Assembly: GCA_040767805.1 (NCBI GenBank)
Contig: JAXGNU010000011.1
Span: forward strand, 1 to 45,716
Reading direction: 5' to 3'
Source of the DNA: Thermovirgaceae bacterium
GTDB lineage: Bacteria; Synergistota; Synergistia; Synergistales; Thermovirgaceae
Length of the DNA: 45,716 nt
Shown: piece after piece, positions 1 through 9,444 of the stretch
Layout of the letters: the number at the start of each line of letters is the position of its first letter
Position numbering within the stretch: the first letter of the stretch is position 1
Made by a program: the position numbers and the translations under genes
The notes under the pieces: model-generated
What the model was told of the DNA's origin: nothing
Database searches by the model: none
The model's input: only the letters and a program-made list of their open reading frames with translations

Positions 1-101
1 CCCTGCCGCTCCCATGACAAGGTTGTAGGGAAATGCAATTTTGAAATAAACGAAAATAGAGTAATTGGTTTATATTATTATGAACGGAAGGAGGGATCGC
101 T

Positions 102-130
102 TTGACAGTTGCTTGAGAAAAAGGTATTAT
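102..130 (+). promoter_or_regulatory. sigma70-type promoter for rocD
   Basis: TTGACA (102-107), 17 nt spacer, TATTAT (125-130) in an AT-rich intergenic region. Confidence 0.7.
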
Positions 131-235
131 TTTAATGATTTTTGCTGTCAATGAAAGATGAACGGCCTTTGAAAGAGGAATAGAAAAGTGAACGATTAAA
201 AATAATAAGTTCAAAAAAAGGGAGAGGTGTGAAGG

Positions 236-1441
236 ATGACGCGTTACAGCTCGCAGGAATTAATGGATATGGAGCAACAGTACGGCGCTCACAACTATCA
301 CCCCCTCGAGGTGGTCATCACCAAGGCGGAGGGGGTCTGGGTGGAGGATCCCGAGGGGCGGCGATACATGGATATGCTTTCGGCCTATTCGGCCGTCAAC
401 CAGGGTCACCGCCACCCGAGGATCATCAAAGCCCTCAAGGACCAGGCCGATGAACTCACCCTTACATCCAGGGCCTTCTACAGCGACCGTTGGCCCCTCT
501 TCGCGAAAAAACTATCGGAGTTGACCGGCAAAGACATGATCCTTCCCATGAATACCGGGGCGGAGGCCGTCGAGACGGCCATAAAGACCATGCGGAAATG
601 GGGCTACCTAGTCAAGGGTGTGGAGAAGGACAAGGCCGAGATCATAGTCTTCGAGGATAACTTCCATGGCCGCACGGTGACCATAGTATCCTTCTCGGTC
701 GACCCCATCGCCAAGGACAACTACGGCCCCTATACCCCCGGGTTTGTCGTCGTCCCCTATGACGATCTCGAAGCCGTGAGGAAAGCCGTCAACAAGAACA
801 CCGTGGGGATCCTCGTGGAGCCCATCCAGGGAGAGGCCGGCGTCGCGGTGCCCAGCGAGGGGTTCCTCAAGGGGCTGGAGGAGATCGCCAGGGAGAACAA
901 CGTGCTCCTGGCCGTCGATGAGATCCAGACGGGTCTATGCCGGACCGGCAAGACCTTCGCCTTTCAGCACGAGGGGGTCGACCCCGACCTGATCATCATG
1001 GGGAAGGCCCTTGGGGGAGGCGTTTTCCCTGTGTCGGCGGTGGCCGCCGACAAGGAAGTTCTCGGGGTTTTCCAGCCCGGCAGCCATGGTTCGACCTTCG
1101 GGGGCAACCCCCTGGCCTGCGCTGTCGCCATTGAGGCTCTCGATGTGCTCATCGATGAAAAAATGTCCGAAAGGGCCACCGAGCTCGGCGCGTATTTCAT
1201 GGAAGGGCTCAAGGCGATCAAGTCGCCCAAGATAAAACAGGTAAGGGGAAAGGGCCTCCTGATCGCGATCGTCCTGGAAGAATCGGCCGGCAAGGCCAGG
1301 AAGTACACCACGGCCCTAAAGGAGAAGGGCCTGCTCTGCAAGGAGACCCACGACTGGATCATCCGGTTCGCTCCCCCCTTGGTGATCACCAGGGAGGAGA
1401 TAGACAAGGCGCTGGAGGCGGTCCGGGAAGTGCTCGGCTAG
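236..1441 (+). CDS. rocD: Ornithine aminotransferase (class III PLP aminotransferase)
   Basis: GAHNYHPL N-terminus, YSAVNQGH, FHGRT, EPIQGEAG, DEIQTG, GKALGGG (PLP Lys), HGSTFGGNPLA. Confidence 0.93.
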   Translation: MTRYSSQELMDMEQQYGAHNYHPLEVVITKAEGVWVEDPEGRRYMDMLSAYSAVNQGHRHPRIIKALKDQADELTLTSRAFYSDRWPLFAKKLSELTGKDMILPMNTGAEAVETAIKTMRKWGYLVKGVEKDKAEIIVFEDNFHGRTVTIVSFSVDPIAKDNYGPYTPGFVVVPYDDLEAVRKAVNKNTVGILVEPIQGEAGVAVPSEGFLKGLEEIARENNVLLAVDEIQTGLCRTGKTFAFQHEGVDPDLIIMGKALGGGVFPVSAVAADKEVLGVFQPGSHGSTFGGNPLACAVAIEALDVLIDEKMSERATELGAYFMEGLKAIKSPKIKQVRGKGLLIAIVLEESAGKARKYTTALKEKGLLCKETHDWIIRFAPPLVITREEIDKALEAVREVLG

Positions 1442-1475
1442 GAAGACCGCGCCCTCGGGCGAGAACCGTACCGTG

Positions 1476-1509
1476 AAAAGGGGAGGCCCGGATCCTGGGC
1501 CTCCCCTTT
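1476..1509 (+). terminator. Intrinsic terminator hairpin after rocD
   Basis: AAAGGGGAGGCCC / GGGCCTCCCCTTT inverted repeat about 35 nt after the stop. Confidence 0.75.
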
Positions 1510-1658
1510 GTCGTTGTCACGAAAGTCCAAGGACTTTTGGCCGCGGGCGGTCGCTTCACCGGCGACCGTGGAATGACGGGTTGACCGGGCGCGCCCTTTG
1601 CAATAAGTTGGTCCCCAGGTCCCATTACAAGTGCCGATATCGTTGGGAGGTGCGCCGG

Positions 1659-2438
1659 ATGGGTTATTCAAGGCTTATCGTTGAAAAAGGGGAAGATCAT
1701 GTCGCCACCGTCACCCTTAACAGGCCGGAGAAGATGAACGCCTTCGACAGCCCCTTGGCGGAGGAACTCCTTGCCGCCTTCATGGAGCTCGATAGCTGTT
1801 CCGCGACCAGGGTGGTCCTCGTCAAGGGAGCGGGGCGAAATTTCTGCGCGGGGATCGATGTGAGCGAGATCACCGGGAAAAACGCCCTGGAATACAAGCA
1901 ATGGGTGAGCAGGATGGAGAGCCCCCTGTTTTTCATTTCCAGGATGAAAAAACCCGTGATCGCCCAGGTCCACGGAGTGGCGGCGGCCAACGGCCTGGGA
2001 CTCGCTGCGGCTGCCGACCTGGTCATCGCCGCCGAGGACGCAAGGATGGGGCTCACGGCGATCAACCTTGGACTGAACTGCGTTGGCCCCGTCCTCCCCG
2101 TAGTTCGCTGTGTAGGGCGGAAGAGGGCCCTGGAGCTTCTTCTCTCGGGCGCCCTCGTGAAGGCGCCGGAAGCCATGACCATGGGCCTCGTTAACAGGGT
2201 CGTCCCAGCCGACGAACTCGAAAAGGAAGCCAGGGAATGGGCGGCGGCCTTCGCGTCCAAGAGCCCCCTGGCGCTGCAGCTAGCCAAGAGCGCCTTTTAC
2301 ACCGCCGAGGATATGGAATATGAAAAGCAGTTCGCCTACATGGACGAAGTTTTCGCCCGGCTCTGCACCACGGGGGACGCCCACGAGGGCGTAAAAGCCT
2401 TTTTCGAGAAAAGGGAACCCCTTTGGCGGGGCAGGTAA
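1659..2438 (+). CDS. Enoyl-CoA hydratase/isomerase (crotonase) family protein
   Basis: TLNRPEKMNA, FCAGID, KPVIAQVHG, EGVKAFFEKREP; start moved to ATG 1659 behind a GGGAGG RBS. Confidence 0.88.
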   Translation: MGYSRLIVEKGEDHVATVTLNRPEKMNAFDSPLAEELLAAFMELDSCSATRVVLVKGAGRNFCAGIDVSEITGKNALEYKQWVSRMESPLFFISRMKKPVIAQVHGVAAANGLGLAAAADLVIAAEDARMGLTAINLGLNCVGPVLPVVRCVGRKRALELLLSGALVKAPEAMTMGLVNRVVPADELEKEAREWAAAFASKSPLALQLAKSAFYTAEDMEYEKQFAYMDEVFARLCTTGDAHEGVKAFFEKREPLWRGR

Positions 2439-2516
2439 TGGAGGCCTTTTCGCCGTCCAAGAGGTGAAAGACAGGCCGTTCCCGTATAATAGGCATCATC
2501 GCGGAGGTGCCGAATA

Positions 2517-2996
2517 ATGGAGGACGACCGTCCCGGGTGGGACGAATACTTCATGTCCATTGCCGCCGTTGTCTCGACGAGGAGCACCTGCCTCAGGAGA
2601 AAGGTGGGGGCGGTCATAGTCAGGGACCGGCAAATTATCAGCACCGGTTACAACGGGGCGCCCAAGGGAGCCCCCCATTGCTCCGAGACGGGCTGCCTCC
2701 GGGAAAGAATGGGTGTGCCCGCCGGCGAGCGGCAGGAGATCTGCCGCGGGTCCCACGCCGAGGTGAACGCCATAGCCCAGGCGGCGGCGGTAGGGGCCTC
2801 GACCGCGGAAGGGGTGATCTACTGCACCCATGAGCCCTGCTCTTTCTGCACCAAGGCGATCATAAACGCCGGGATAAGGAGAATAGTCTTCGCGAACCCC
2901 TATCCTGACGTCATTGCCAGCCTCCTTCGCGGGGAAGCCGGCATCGCTGCAGAGCATCTGCCGGGGAAACCGCGTTCGGATGCTTCAAAGGGGTGA
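2517..2996 (+). CDS. dCMP deaminase / ComEB-family zinc-dependent deaminase
   Basis: RPGWDEYFM, RSTCLRRKVGA, TGYNG, HAE and PCxxC zinc motifs; GGAGGT RBS; TATAAT at 2485-2490. Confidence 0.9.
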   Translation: MEDDRPGWDEYFMSIAAVVSTRSTCLRRKVGAVIVRDRQIISTGYNGAPKGAPHCSETGCLRERMGVPAGERQEICRGSHAEVNAIAQAAAVGASTAEGVIYCTHEPCSFCTKAIINAGIRRIVFANPYPDVIASLLRGEAGIAAEHLPGKPRSDASKG

Positions 2997-3002
2997 TCCA
3001 GG

Positions 3003-5633
3003 TTGGTCATCGAGATATCCGGGAGGAAAAAACTCCTGCCGCAAGTCAGGTTGGATGACCTTATCGGGCTTGAGCCGATCAAGAAGGAACTCCGCAAGAT
3101 CGAAGCGATCCTCTGGCTGAACCAGCACCGCCGCAGCGACGAACTCGGTGAATTGAGGCTTCAGTCCTTCCACTTCTGCTTCAGGGGCAATCCCGGGACT
3201 GGGAAGACCACCGTCGCGAGGTTGATAGGCGATATTTTCCGGCGGTACGGCATACTCAGGGTGGGCGATGTGGTCGAGGTCGACAGGGCCAGGCTCCTTG
3301 GTTCAACGCCGGGGGAGACGGAGATCAAGACCAGCAGGGCCATCAGGAGCGCCCTGGACGGCGTGCTCTTCGTTGATGAAGCTTTCACGCTCCTGGGTTC
3401 CGGGGAGAGCTCCGACCCGGGGATGAGGGCCCTGGAAGTGATCATCAAGAGCATGGAGGACTACCGTGACGTCCTGATCGTCATCTTCGCCGGTTACCCT
3501 TCGGAGATGGATGCCCTGTTCGAAGCGGCGCCGGGCCTCAGGAGCAGGGTCCCCTTTCACCTGGATTTTCCCGATTACTCCCCGGCGGAACTGCTGGACA
3601 TCATGCTTTTCATGGCCGCCTCGGAGGAACTGGAACTCTCCGACGAAGCAGCCGGTAAGTTCCTGCGGGTAATGGGTGAACGGGTAGGGCAACCCGATTT
3701 CAGCAACGCTCGGGAGGTCAGGAACCTCCTTGACCAGGCCAAGGGCGAACTCTCCCGGAGACTCCAGACCCGACGGAAGGTTTCCCGGTGGGACATGAAG
3801 GTGATCACCGCCCTCGACCTAGGGCGGGGTGACCCGGACCTGCTTTCATCCCTCGAGGCTGCTCGCAAGGAGATGTTCAGGGCCCCCCTCGATCCCGGGT
3901 CGAGATCCGCTTTTGCTTCCCTCTGCGCGGCGGCGGGGATGTGGTCCGACGTGGTTTCGGCCCTCGAGGCCGTGGAAAAGGGCTTAACACCGGAAAACAA
4001 GGCCCTCCTCGGGAGGGGGCTTTACATCCTGGGCGACCGGGAAAGGTCCTGGGAGGTTTTCTCGGCGATGGACGACCCTCCAGCGGGATCCTTCTACAGG
4101 GGACTCTCCGCCCTTTGGGCGGGGGATCTCCCCATGGCGTCCGCCATGCTCGAACTGGCTTCATCGACCGAACCGGGTTCCCCCGATGTCCTCCTGGCGC
4201 TTGCCGCCGCGAAGTTTTTCGCCGGGACTTTCCGGGAGGCGGCGGATTCCTTCCTGGCGGGAATATCCTCTACCGGCGGGAGGCTGCCCCCTGTCGCCTT
4301 GAGGGACCTACCCTGGAAAAAACTCTCTTGGCCCGTTAGCGCCAGGCCTCTCAGGGATGCCCTGTTTTTCGCCTACGGTCATCCCGACAGGTCAAAACTG
4401 CTCTTCACCGAGGCCCTGATCGCCACCGGGACGAAGGAAGCCCTGGACCCCGCCGGGGAAATCGTGATGAGCTCTATAGACCGTATCCCCGACGAACCCC
4501 TTGCCCACAGGCTCATGTCGGTCATCCACGAGGCCTCGGGGAGGACCATGGAAGCGGTGGCCTCCCTTGACGTGGCCCTGGAACTGGAACCTAGGAACAC
4601 CGGGGATTGGCGCAGGCTGGCGCTGCTGCTGGAGCAGGTGGGGGAGAAAGAAAGGGCCGAGGGGATCTTCCGGGACATCCTGGAGGAGGACCCCACGGGA
4701 GAGGCCGGCATCAGGCTGGCCATAGCCGCCGATGACAAGGGTGACCAAAAGGAAGCTGAGACGCTCTACCGCAAGGCCTGGGAAGCCGGCCTTCGCGGAG
4801 AAGAGAGGTCCCTTTGCGCGAGGAGGCTCGGTTCCCTCTCGGCCGCTTCGGGCCGTTTTGATGAAGCCCTGGGTTTTTTCGCCGAATCCGGCGGCCCGGC
4901 GGGCGATCCGAGGGCCGCTTTTTGGCACGCCCGGTCCCTGATAGAGGATGAACGATGGCAGGAAGCGGAAAACCTCCTGGTGACGCCCTACGATGACCCC
5001 AACCTAGAGAGCCCCAGGGTTTTCTGGCTGGGCCGTCTTTTCCTGGCCAGGAAAGACCTGTTCAGCGCCAGGAACATCAAGTGGGAGGACCTCTCAAACC
5101 CCTTCATGCGGCTCGTAAAAGGCGTCGTGGAGGCTTTTTCAGGGGACGGCAGGGCGGCGGAGATCCTCTCGGACCTGCCCGTCAAGGGCATGGGGGGAGA
5201 TGCCAAGGCCATGCTGTGTTCGGCCAGGGTGGCCATGAAGGACTGGGAAGGCGCGAAAAGGTTCGGCAGGATGGCCCTGGAGGGCGGCAAGGGGCCCTGC
5301 CTGTGGGAAAGGCAGACGAGAAGGCCCCTTGAAGAGGCCGGTTACATGACGGCGATCGCGGAAGCCCACCTGGGGGACTGGACAGCGGCAAAGGACGGTT
5401 TCAGGAGGAGCGCCTCCAGCTTGAGGCACCCCGGCCCGGTCTTTTCCCTGGGTGTATCCCTGGTGGCCCTGGGGAAGATCGATGAGGCCAGGGTCATCCT
5501 GACGCAGTTGAAACCCGCTTCCGCCGTCTTAGCCGCGAAACTGGAGGAACTTATCGCGCAGAACGTTGGGATCCGGAAGATGCTGGCCGACCCCGTCGAC
5601 CCAGTCTTGCTGGACCTTTACGCCTCTTTATGA
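3003..5633 (+). CDS. CbbX/SpoVK-type AAA+ ATPase with long C-terminal TPR-like region
   Basis: LIGLEPIK, Walker A GNPGTGKT, Walker B LFVDEAF, IFAGY, GLRSR, FPDYS, NAREVRN; C-terminal ~600 aa with TPR-like patterns (ALELEP, AxxLYxKA, LGxxLxxLGxxDEA). Confidence 0.85.
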   Translation: MVIEISGRKKLLPQVRLDDLIGLEPIKKELRKIEAILWLNQHRRSDELGELRLQSFHFCFRGNPGTGKTTVARLIGDIFRRYGILRVGDVVEVDRARLLGSTPGETEIKTSRAIRSALDGVLFVDEAFTLLGSGESSDPGMRALEVIIKSMEDYRDVLIVIFAGYPSEMDALFEAAPGLRSRVPFHLDFPDYSPAELLDIMLFMAASEELELSDEAAGKFLRVMGERVGQPDFSNAREVRNLLDQAKGELSRRLQTRRKVSRWDMKVITALDLGRGDPDLLSSLEAARKEMFRAPLDPGSRSAFASLCAAAGMWSDVVSALEAVEKGLTPENKALLGRGLYILGDRERSWEVFSAMDDPPAGSFYRGLSALWAGDLPMASAMLELASSTEPGSPDVLLALAAAKFFAGTFREAADSFLAGISSTGGRLPPVALRDLPWKKLSWPVSARPLRDALFFAYGHPDRSKLLFTEALIATGTKEALDPAGEIVMSSIDRIPDEPLAHRLMSVIHEASGRTMEAVASLDVALELEPRNTGDWRRLALLLEQVGEKERAEGIFRDILEEDPTGEAGIRLAIAADDKGDQKEAETLYRKAWEAGLRGEERSLCARRLGSLSAASGRFDEALGFFAESGGPAGDPRAAFWHARSLIEDERWQEAENLLVTPYDDPNLESPRVFWLGRLFLARKDLFSARNIKWEDLSNPFMRLVKGVVEAFSGDGRAAEILSDLPVKGMGGDAKAMLCSARVAMKDWEGAKRFGRMALEGGKGPCLWERQTRRPLEEAGYMTAIAEAHLGDWTAAKDGFRRSASSLRHPGPVFSLGVSLVALGKIDEARVILTQLKPASAVLAAKLEELIAQNVGIRKMLADPVDPVLLDLYASL

Positions 5634-5640
5634 TGTGATC

Positions 5641-5649
5641 TGGTATAAT
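5641..5649 (+). promoter_or_regulatory. Extended -10 promoter element (TGnTATAAT) for the HD-domain gene
   Basis: TGGTATAAT about 35 nt upstream of ATG 5685. Confidence 0.6.
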
Positions 5650-5684
5650 CTCTATCTTTAGACTCGGGGAGGAGGCTGTGGATC

Positions 5685-6266
5685 ATGAAGAAAGTGGATA
5701 GAGAGGAAGCGATGGCCCTTTTACGGGAGCATAACAGGCAGATCGGCCATATCCGCCATGCCCTTGCAGTCGAGGCGGCCATGAGGTTTTTTGCCAGGGC
5801 GAACGGGGAGGACGAGGAAGAATGGGGCCTCGCCGGGCTCGTTCATGATATCGACTGGGAGACCACCATCGACGATCCCTCAAGGCATACCCACCTGGGA
5901 GCCTCCTGGTTGAGGGACGCGGGTTACCCCGATAATATCGTCAGGGCCGTGCTGGCCCATGGTTGGGGCATCTGTTCCGATGTGGAGCCCCTCTCTCCGA
6001 TGGAGAAACACCTGTACGCCATCGATGAGCTGACCGGCTTCGTCACCGCCGTGGCACTGGTAAGGCCGGGGAGGTCCCTCCAGGACCTGACCGTCAAGTC
6101 CGTCAGGAAAAAGTGGAAGGATAAGGCCTTCGCCAGGGGCGTCAACAGGGAGGTCATCGAAAAGGGAACGGCCATGCTGGGAAAACCCCTGGAGGAACTG
6201 GTCGAGGGTGTGATAGAAGCCTTGAGGCCTATTGAGAAGGATATCGGTCTCGGGGAGGAGGATTAG
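5685..6266 (+). CDS. HD-domain (HDIG-type) metal-dependent phosphohydrolase
   Basis: HALAVE, GLVHDID, further His residues, DELTGF..A.ALVRP, KKWKDKAFARGVNRE; GGAGG RBS. Confidence 0.85.
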   Translation: MKKVDREEAMALLREHNRQIGHIRHALAVEAAMRFFARANGEDEEEWGLAGLVHDIDWETTIDDPSRHTHLGASWLRDAGYPDNIVRAVLAHGWGICSDVEPLSPMEKHLYAIDELTGFVTAVALVRPGRSLQDLTVKSVRKKWKDKAFARGVNREVIEKGTAMLGKPLEELVEGVIEALRPIEKDIGLGEED

Positions 6267-6736
6267 TCCGCCAAGGCCGAGTCGAGGAGCCGCCACTGCG
6301 GGTTCCCGTCGTCATCTTCTTCAAAACGAAGGAGCATGAAGCCCCCGATATGCCCATCCTCCGCCCAGGCGACGCACCACCTGGGCCCTGCGAACCATAC
6401 GAGGGAAGGGTCGTAGATCTTCATGGTACCGCCATGGATCCCCTCCCAGGGAACCAGGTCACCCCTGGCCAGGAGGTCCTCGACAAACCGGCCTCTCGGG
6501 TCGGTCCTTCCCTCCTTTTTCAGCCTTTCCCAGTCCGGTTGGGGTATACCGCCGGTAAAACCCTCATCGGGCCCTCGCTCTTTTACCTTTTGTATCTCCT
6601 CGGTGGCCTCCCGAAGGGCTTCACGCAAAACCCTGTTCTGCTCGTTCAAGCCGAGGTTCCGGTGGAAAATGAACCCCGACACGGCTAACAGGGACAGCAT
6701 CAGCAACGCTAGAAGGACGGATCCCTTTCCTTTCAT
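6263..6736 (-). CDS. Hypothetical membrane-anchored protein (N-terminal TM, short coiled coil, small C-terminal domain)
   Basis: Hydrophobic N-terminus, GGGAGG upstream, convergent 4-nt overlap with the HD gene. Confidence 0.7.
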   Translation of the reverse strand: MKGKGSVLLALLMLSLLAVSGFIFHRNLGLNEQNRVLREALREATEEIQKVKERGPDEGFTGGIPQPDWERLKKEGRTDPRGRFVEDLLARGDLVPWEGIHGGTMKIYDPSLVWFAGPRWCVAWAEDGHIGGFMLLRFEEDDDGNPQWRLLDSALAD

Positions 6737-6837
6737 CCCCTTGCCCTCCCGGCCAAACTTTCGGATTTGTGCTATCGTCTCCTAGGGAGATATCCATTTT
6801 AGTGTAACACCGAACTATCGAGGAGAGAAAAAGCGGA

Positions 6838-8397
6838 ATGAAAACCCTCTTAGAGGCCCAAGAGTTGACCCTCCGTTCCATCGCCCTCGCCGTCGCCGGT
6901 TCCATCCTCATAGCGGCGAGCAGCACCTACGTGGCGCTCAGGATAGGGGCCCTGCCATGGCCCACCATCTTCGTCGCCGTTCTCTCCATGGCCGTCCTGA
7001 GACCCCTGGGCGCCTCCCTTAGGGAGATCAACGTCGCTCACACGGGCATGTCCGCCGGCGGGCTAGTGGCCGGGGGGCTGGCCTTTACCCTGCCTGGCGT
7101 CTGGATGTCCGACCCCGGGTCGAGCCTGGGCGTCGGGACCGTTACCGTCGTCGCGATCGTGGGCGCCACCCTCGGTGTCGCCTTCACGGGCCTTTTAAGA
7201 AAACATTTCGTGGTGGACCTGGACCTTCCCTTCCCCATGGGCGTGGCCGCGGCGAGAACGCTCCAGGCAGGCGACAAGGGCGGGAGGAAAGCCTGGGTCC
7301 TATTCACTTCCTGTGGGTTCTCCGGAGTGCTGACCTGGCTTCGCGACGCCGTCGGCCTCGTACCGGCCCTGTTGGGCAAGGGCCCTCTCTTGAGCGTATG
7401 GGTTTCGCCCATGGCTTTGGGCATCGGGTTCATCATCGGGCCCCTTTACATGGGTACCTGGGCCTTGGGGGCGGTGGCCGCCCACTGGCTCCTGGTCCCT
7501 GCCGGGTTCCACCTGGGGTTTTTCGCCGACGGGACCGTGGCCGAGGCCTTCAGGAGCAGCCTCGGGATCGGCGTGATCGTCGGTGCCGGGGTGGCCGTGT
7601 TGTTCAGGGGTGCGGCAAGGTCCTTCTTCCAAAGCCTCTCCTCTTCCAGGGGTTCCTTCGGCGTCGTTGCCGCCGTCGGTGCCGCTTCGGCCCTGGTCCT
7701 GACCTGGGCTGCGGGCATCCCCCTGGTGCCGTCCCTCCTGGCGACGGCCGGGGTCTGGGTCACGGTGGTCATGGCCGCCACGATCACGGGGCAGACGGGT
7801 ATCGACCCGATGGAGATCTTCGGAATCCTCGTTTTGCTCACGGTGAGGACCATCTGGCATATCGGGGGCCAGGAGGCTTTCCTGGTGACTGCCGTCGTAG
7901 CCGTGGCCACGGGCCTGGCGGGTGATGCCATGCAGGACCTGAGGGCGGGATCCATACTGGGAACCGACCCCCGCGCCCAGCTCGTGAGCGAAGCCGCCGG
8001 CGGTATCGCCGGGGCGGTGGCCGCGGCCTTCACTGTTTTCCTGCTCAGGAAAGCCTTTGGGACGATGGGCCCCGGGACCGAATTGGCCGCTCCCCAGGCC
8101 TTCGCCGTCAAAAGCATGATCGACGGTCTCCCCGACCGGGGAGCCTTCCTTGCCGGCCTGGCGGGAGGGTTCGTCCTATCCCTGGCGGGTGTCCCCTGCA
8201 TGACCGTGGGCATCGGGATATACCTGCCCGTGGCGATATCCCTCGCCGCGGGGGCCGGCGGCATTACCAGGGCCTTGACCGGCCGTCTTTTCCCGCGTGG
8301 GGAGGACGACCTCACCCTTGTCGCCTCGGGGTTCCTTGGGGGAGAGGGGATCGCCGGGGTTCTTTTCGCCTTCTGGAAGGTCGTCACTTTGGGTTGA
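6838..8397 (+). CDS. OPT/YSL family oligopeptide transporter
   Basis: ELTLRSI, YVALRIG, LPFPMG, many TM segments, DLRAG..LGTDPRAQ, APQA, GIGIYLP, SGFLGGEG. Confidence 0.9.
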   Translation: MKTLLEAQELTLRSIALAVAGSILIAASSTYVALRIGALPWPTIFVAVLSMAVLRPLGASLREINVAHTGMSAGGLVAGGLAFTLPGVWMSDPGSSLGVGTVTVVAIVGATLGVAFTGLLRKHFVVDLDLPFPMGVAAARTLQAGDKGGRKAWVLFTSCGFSGVLTWLRDAVGLVPALLGKGPLLSVWVSPMALGIGFIIGPLYMGTWALGAVAAHWLLVPAGFHLGFFADGTVAEAFRSSLGIGVIVGAGVAVLFRGAARSFFQSLSSSRGSFGVVAAVGAASALVLTWAAGIPLVPSLLATAGVWVTVVMAATITGQTGIDPMEIFGILVLLTVRTIWHIGGQEAFLVTAVVAVATGLAGDAMQDLRAGSILGTDPRAQLVSEAAGGIAGAVAAAFTVFLLRKAFGTMGPGTELAAPQAFAVKSMIDGLPDRGAFLAGLAGGFVLSLAGVPCMTVGIGIYLPVAISLAAGAGGITRALTGRLFPRGEDDLTLVASGFLGGEGIAGVLFAFWKVVTLG

Positions 8398-8409
8398 GGG
8401 GTGATCTGG

Positions 8410-9333
8410 ATGTGGCGGATAGGACATGCCCAGGACCACGAGAAGGGGACGGGCTGCACCGTTCTGGTCTTCCCCGATGGAGCCACCGCCTCCTGCGATA
8501 TCAGGGGAGGCGCGCCCGGGACGAGGGAAACGGCGCTTTTGGCGCCGGAATGCACCGTCGATAAGATCAACGCCCTGGTGCTCGCCGGCGGGAGCGCGAG
8601 GGGTCTCTCCGCGGCCGACGGGGTCATGCGGTACTGTGAGGAGAGGGGTTGGGGGTTCGATTCCGGGTTTGGAATGATCCCCATCGTGCCCGCCGCGTGC
8701 CTTTTCGATCTCGGCTGCGGCGAACCATCGGCGTGGCCGGAACCCTCCATGGGCATGGAGGCCTGCCTGGGGGCAAGGCCCATTGAGGAGTCGCCCATGG
8801 GTAATTACGGGGCCGGGACCGGGGCCACCGTGGGCAAGTATTCTCCTTTGGGCAAGGCTATGAAATCAGGTTTCGGGTGGGCAAGGAAGGTCTCCTCGGG
8901 GGGACTCGAGGTGTGTGCCGTCGCGGCGTTGAACGCCTTTGGAGCCGTCAGGGATCTTGCCGGCGGGTTCATGGCGGGGGCCCTCGATGGAGATCGCATC
9001 ATCGACCCCGGGTCAATGTCGGGGGCTGGGGAAGTGTGGGATGAGTGGGGGAGGAACACCACCCTCGCCGCTATCGTAACGAACGCGAGGTTGGACAAAG
9101 CCGCCTGCAGGAGGGTCGCCATCATGGGACAGGCGGGGCTCGCCGGAGCCCTTTTCCCTTTCAACACTCCCTTTGACGGTGATACGGTCTTCTGCGCGGC
9201 CACCGGCGAGACAAGTTCCTCGATCGTCCTCGTGGGGTGGCTGGCCGCCTCGGCCCTCGAGGAAGCCGCCAGGAACGCTGTATTTCACGCAAGGTCGGCT
9301 TTTGGGTTCGTCTCCTTCTCCGACCTCCGCTGA
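8410..9333 (+). CDS. P1/S58 (DmpA-like) peptidase
   Basis: IGHAQD, TGCTV, RGGAPGTRET, GGSA.GL.AADGV, GAGTGATVGK, NTT cleavage/nucleophile motif, DGDTVF; alternative GTG start at 8401. Confidence 0.9.
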   Translation: MWRIGHAQDHEKGTGCTVLVFPDGATASCDIRGGAPGTRETALLAPECTVDKINALVLAGGSARGLSAADGVMRYCEERGWGFDSGFGMIPIVPAACLFDLGCGEPSAWPEPSMGMEACLGARPIEESPMGNYGAGTGATVGKYSPLGKAMKSGFGWARKVSSGGLEVCAVAALNAFGAVRDLAGGFMAGALDGDRIIDPGSMSGAGEVWDEWGRNTTLAAIVTNARLDKAACRRVAIMGQAGLAGALFPFNTPFDGDTVFCAATGETSSSIVLVGWLAASALEEAARNAVFHARSAFGFVSFSDLR

Positions 9334-9444
9334 AACCGCTCCAACCCGGTCGGTTATCGGTAAGGCTGCGGATACGCCGACCGGTCCATTTAGGGCATAC
9401 TTTCCGGATAGGGGCCGCCTTTAAGGTCCCGGGAGGTGCACTCC

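Noticed and set aside
1..30. Possible start of a divergent minus-strand gene (CAT at 13-15)
   Set aside because: Too little sequence in the window to support a call.
2517..6266. Three-gene deaminase + AAA-TPR + HD hydrolase defence operon
   Set aside because: The HD gene has its own TGnTATAAT and RBS and belongs to a widespread family; no mobile or defence-island context. Only the two-gene pair is kept as a finding.
7446..8798. 450-aa minus-strand ORF
   Set aside because: Antisense shadow of the OPT and peptidase genes; Pro/Ala/Arg-rich with no motifs, typical of high-GC DNA.
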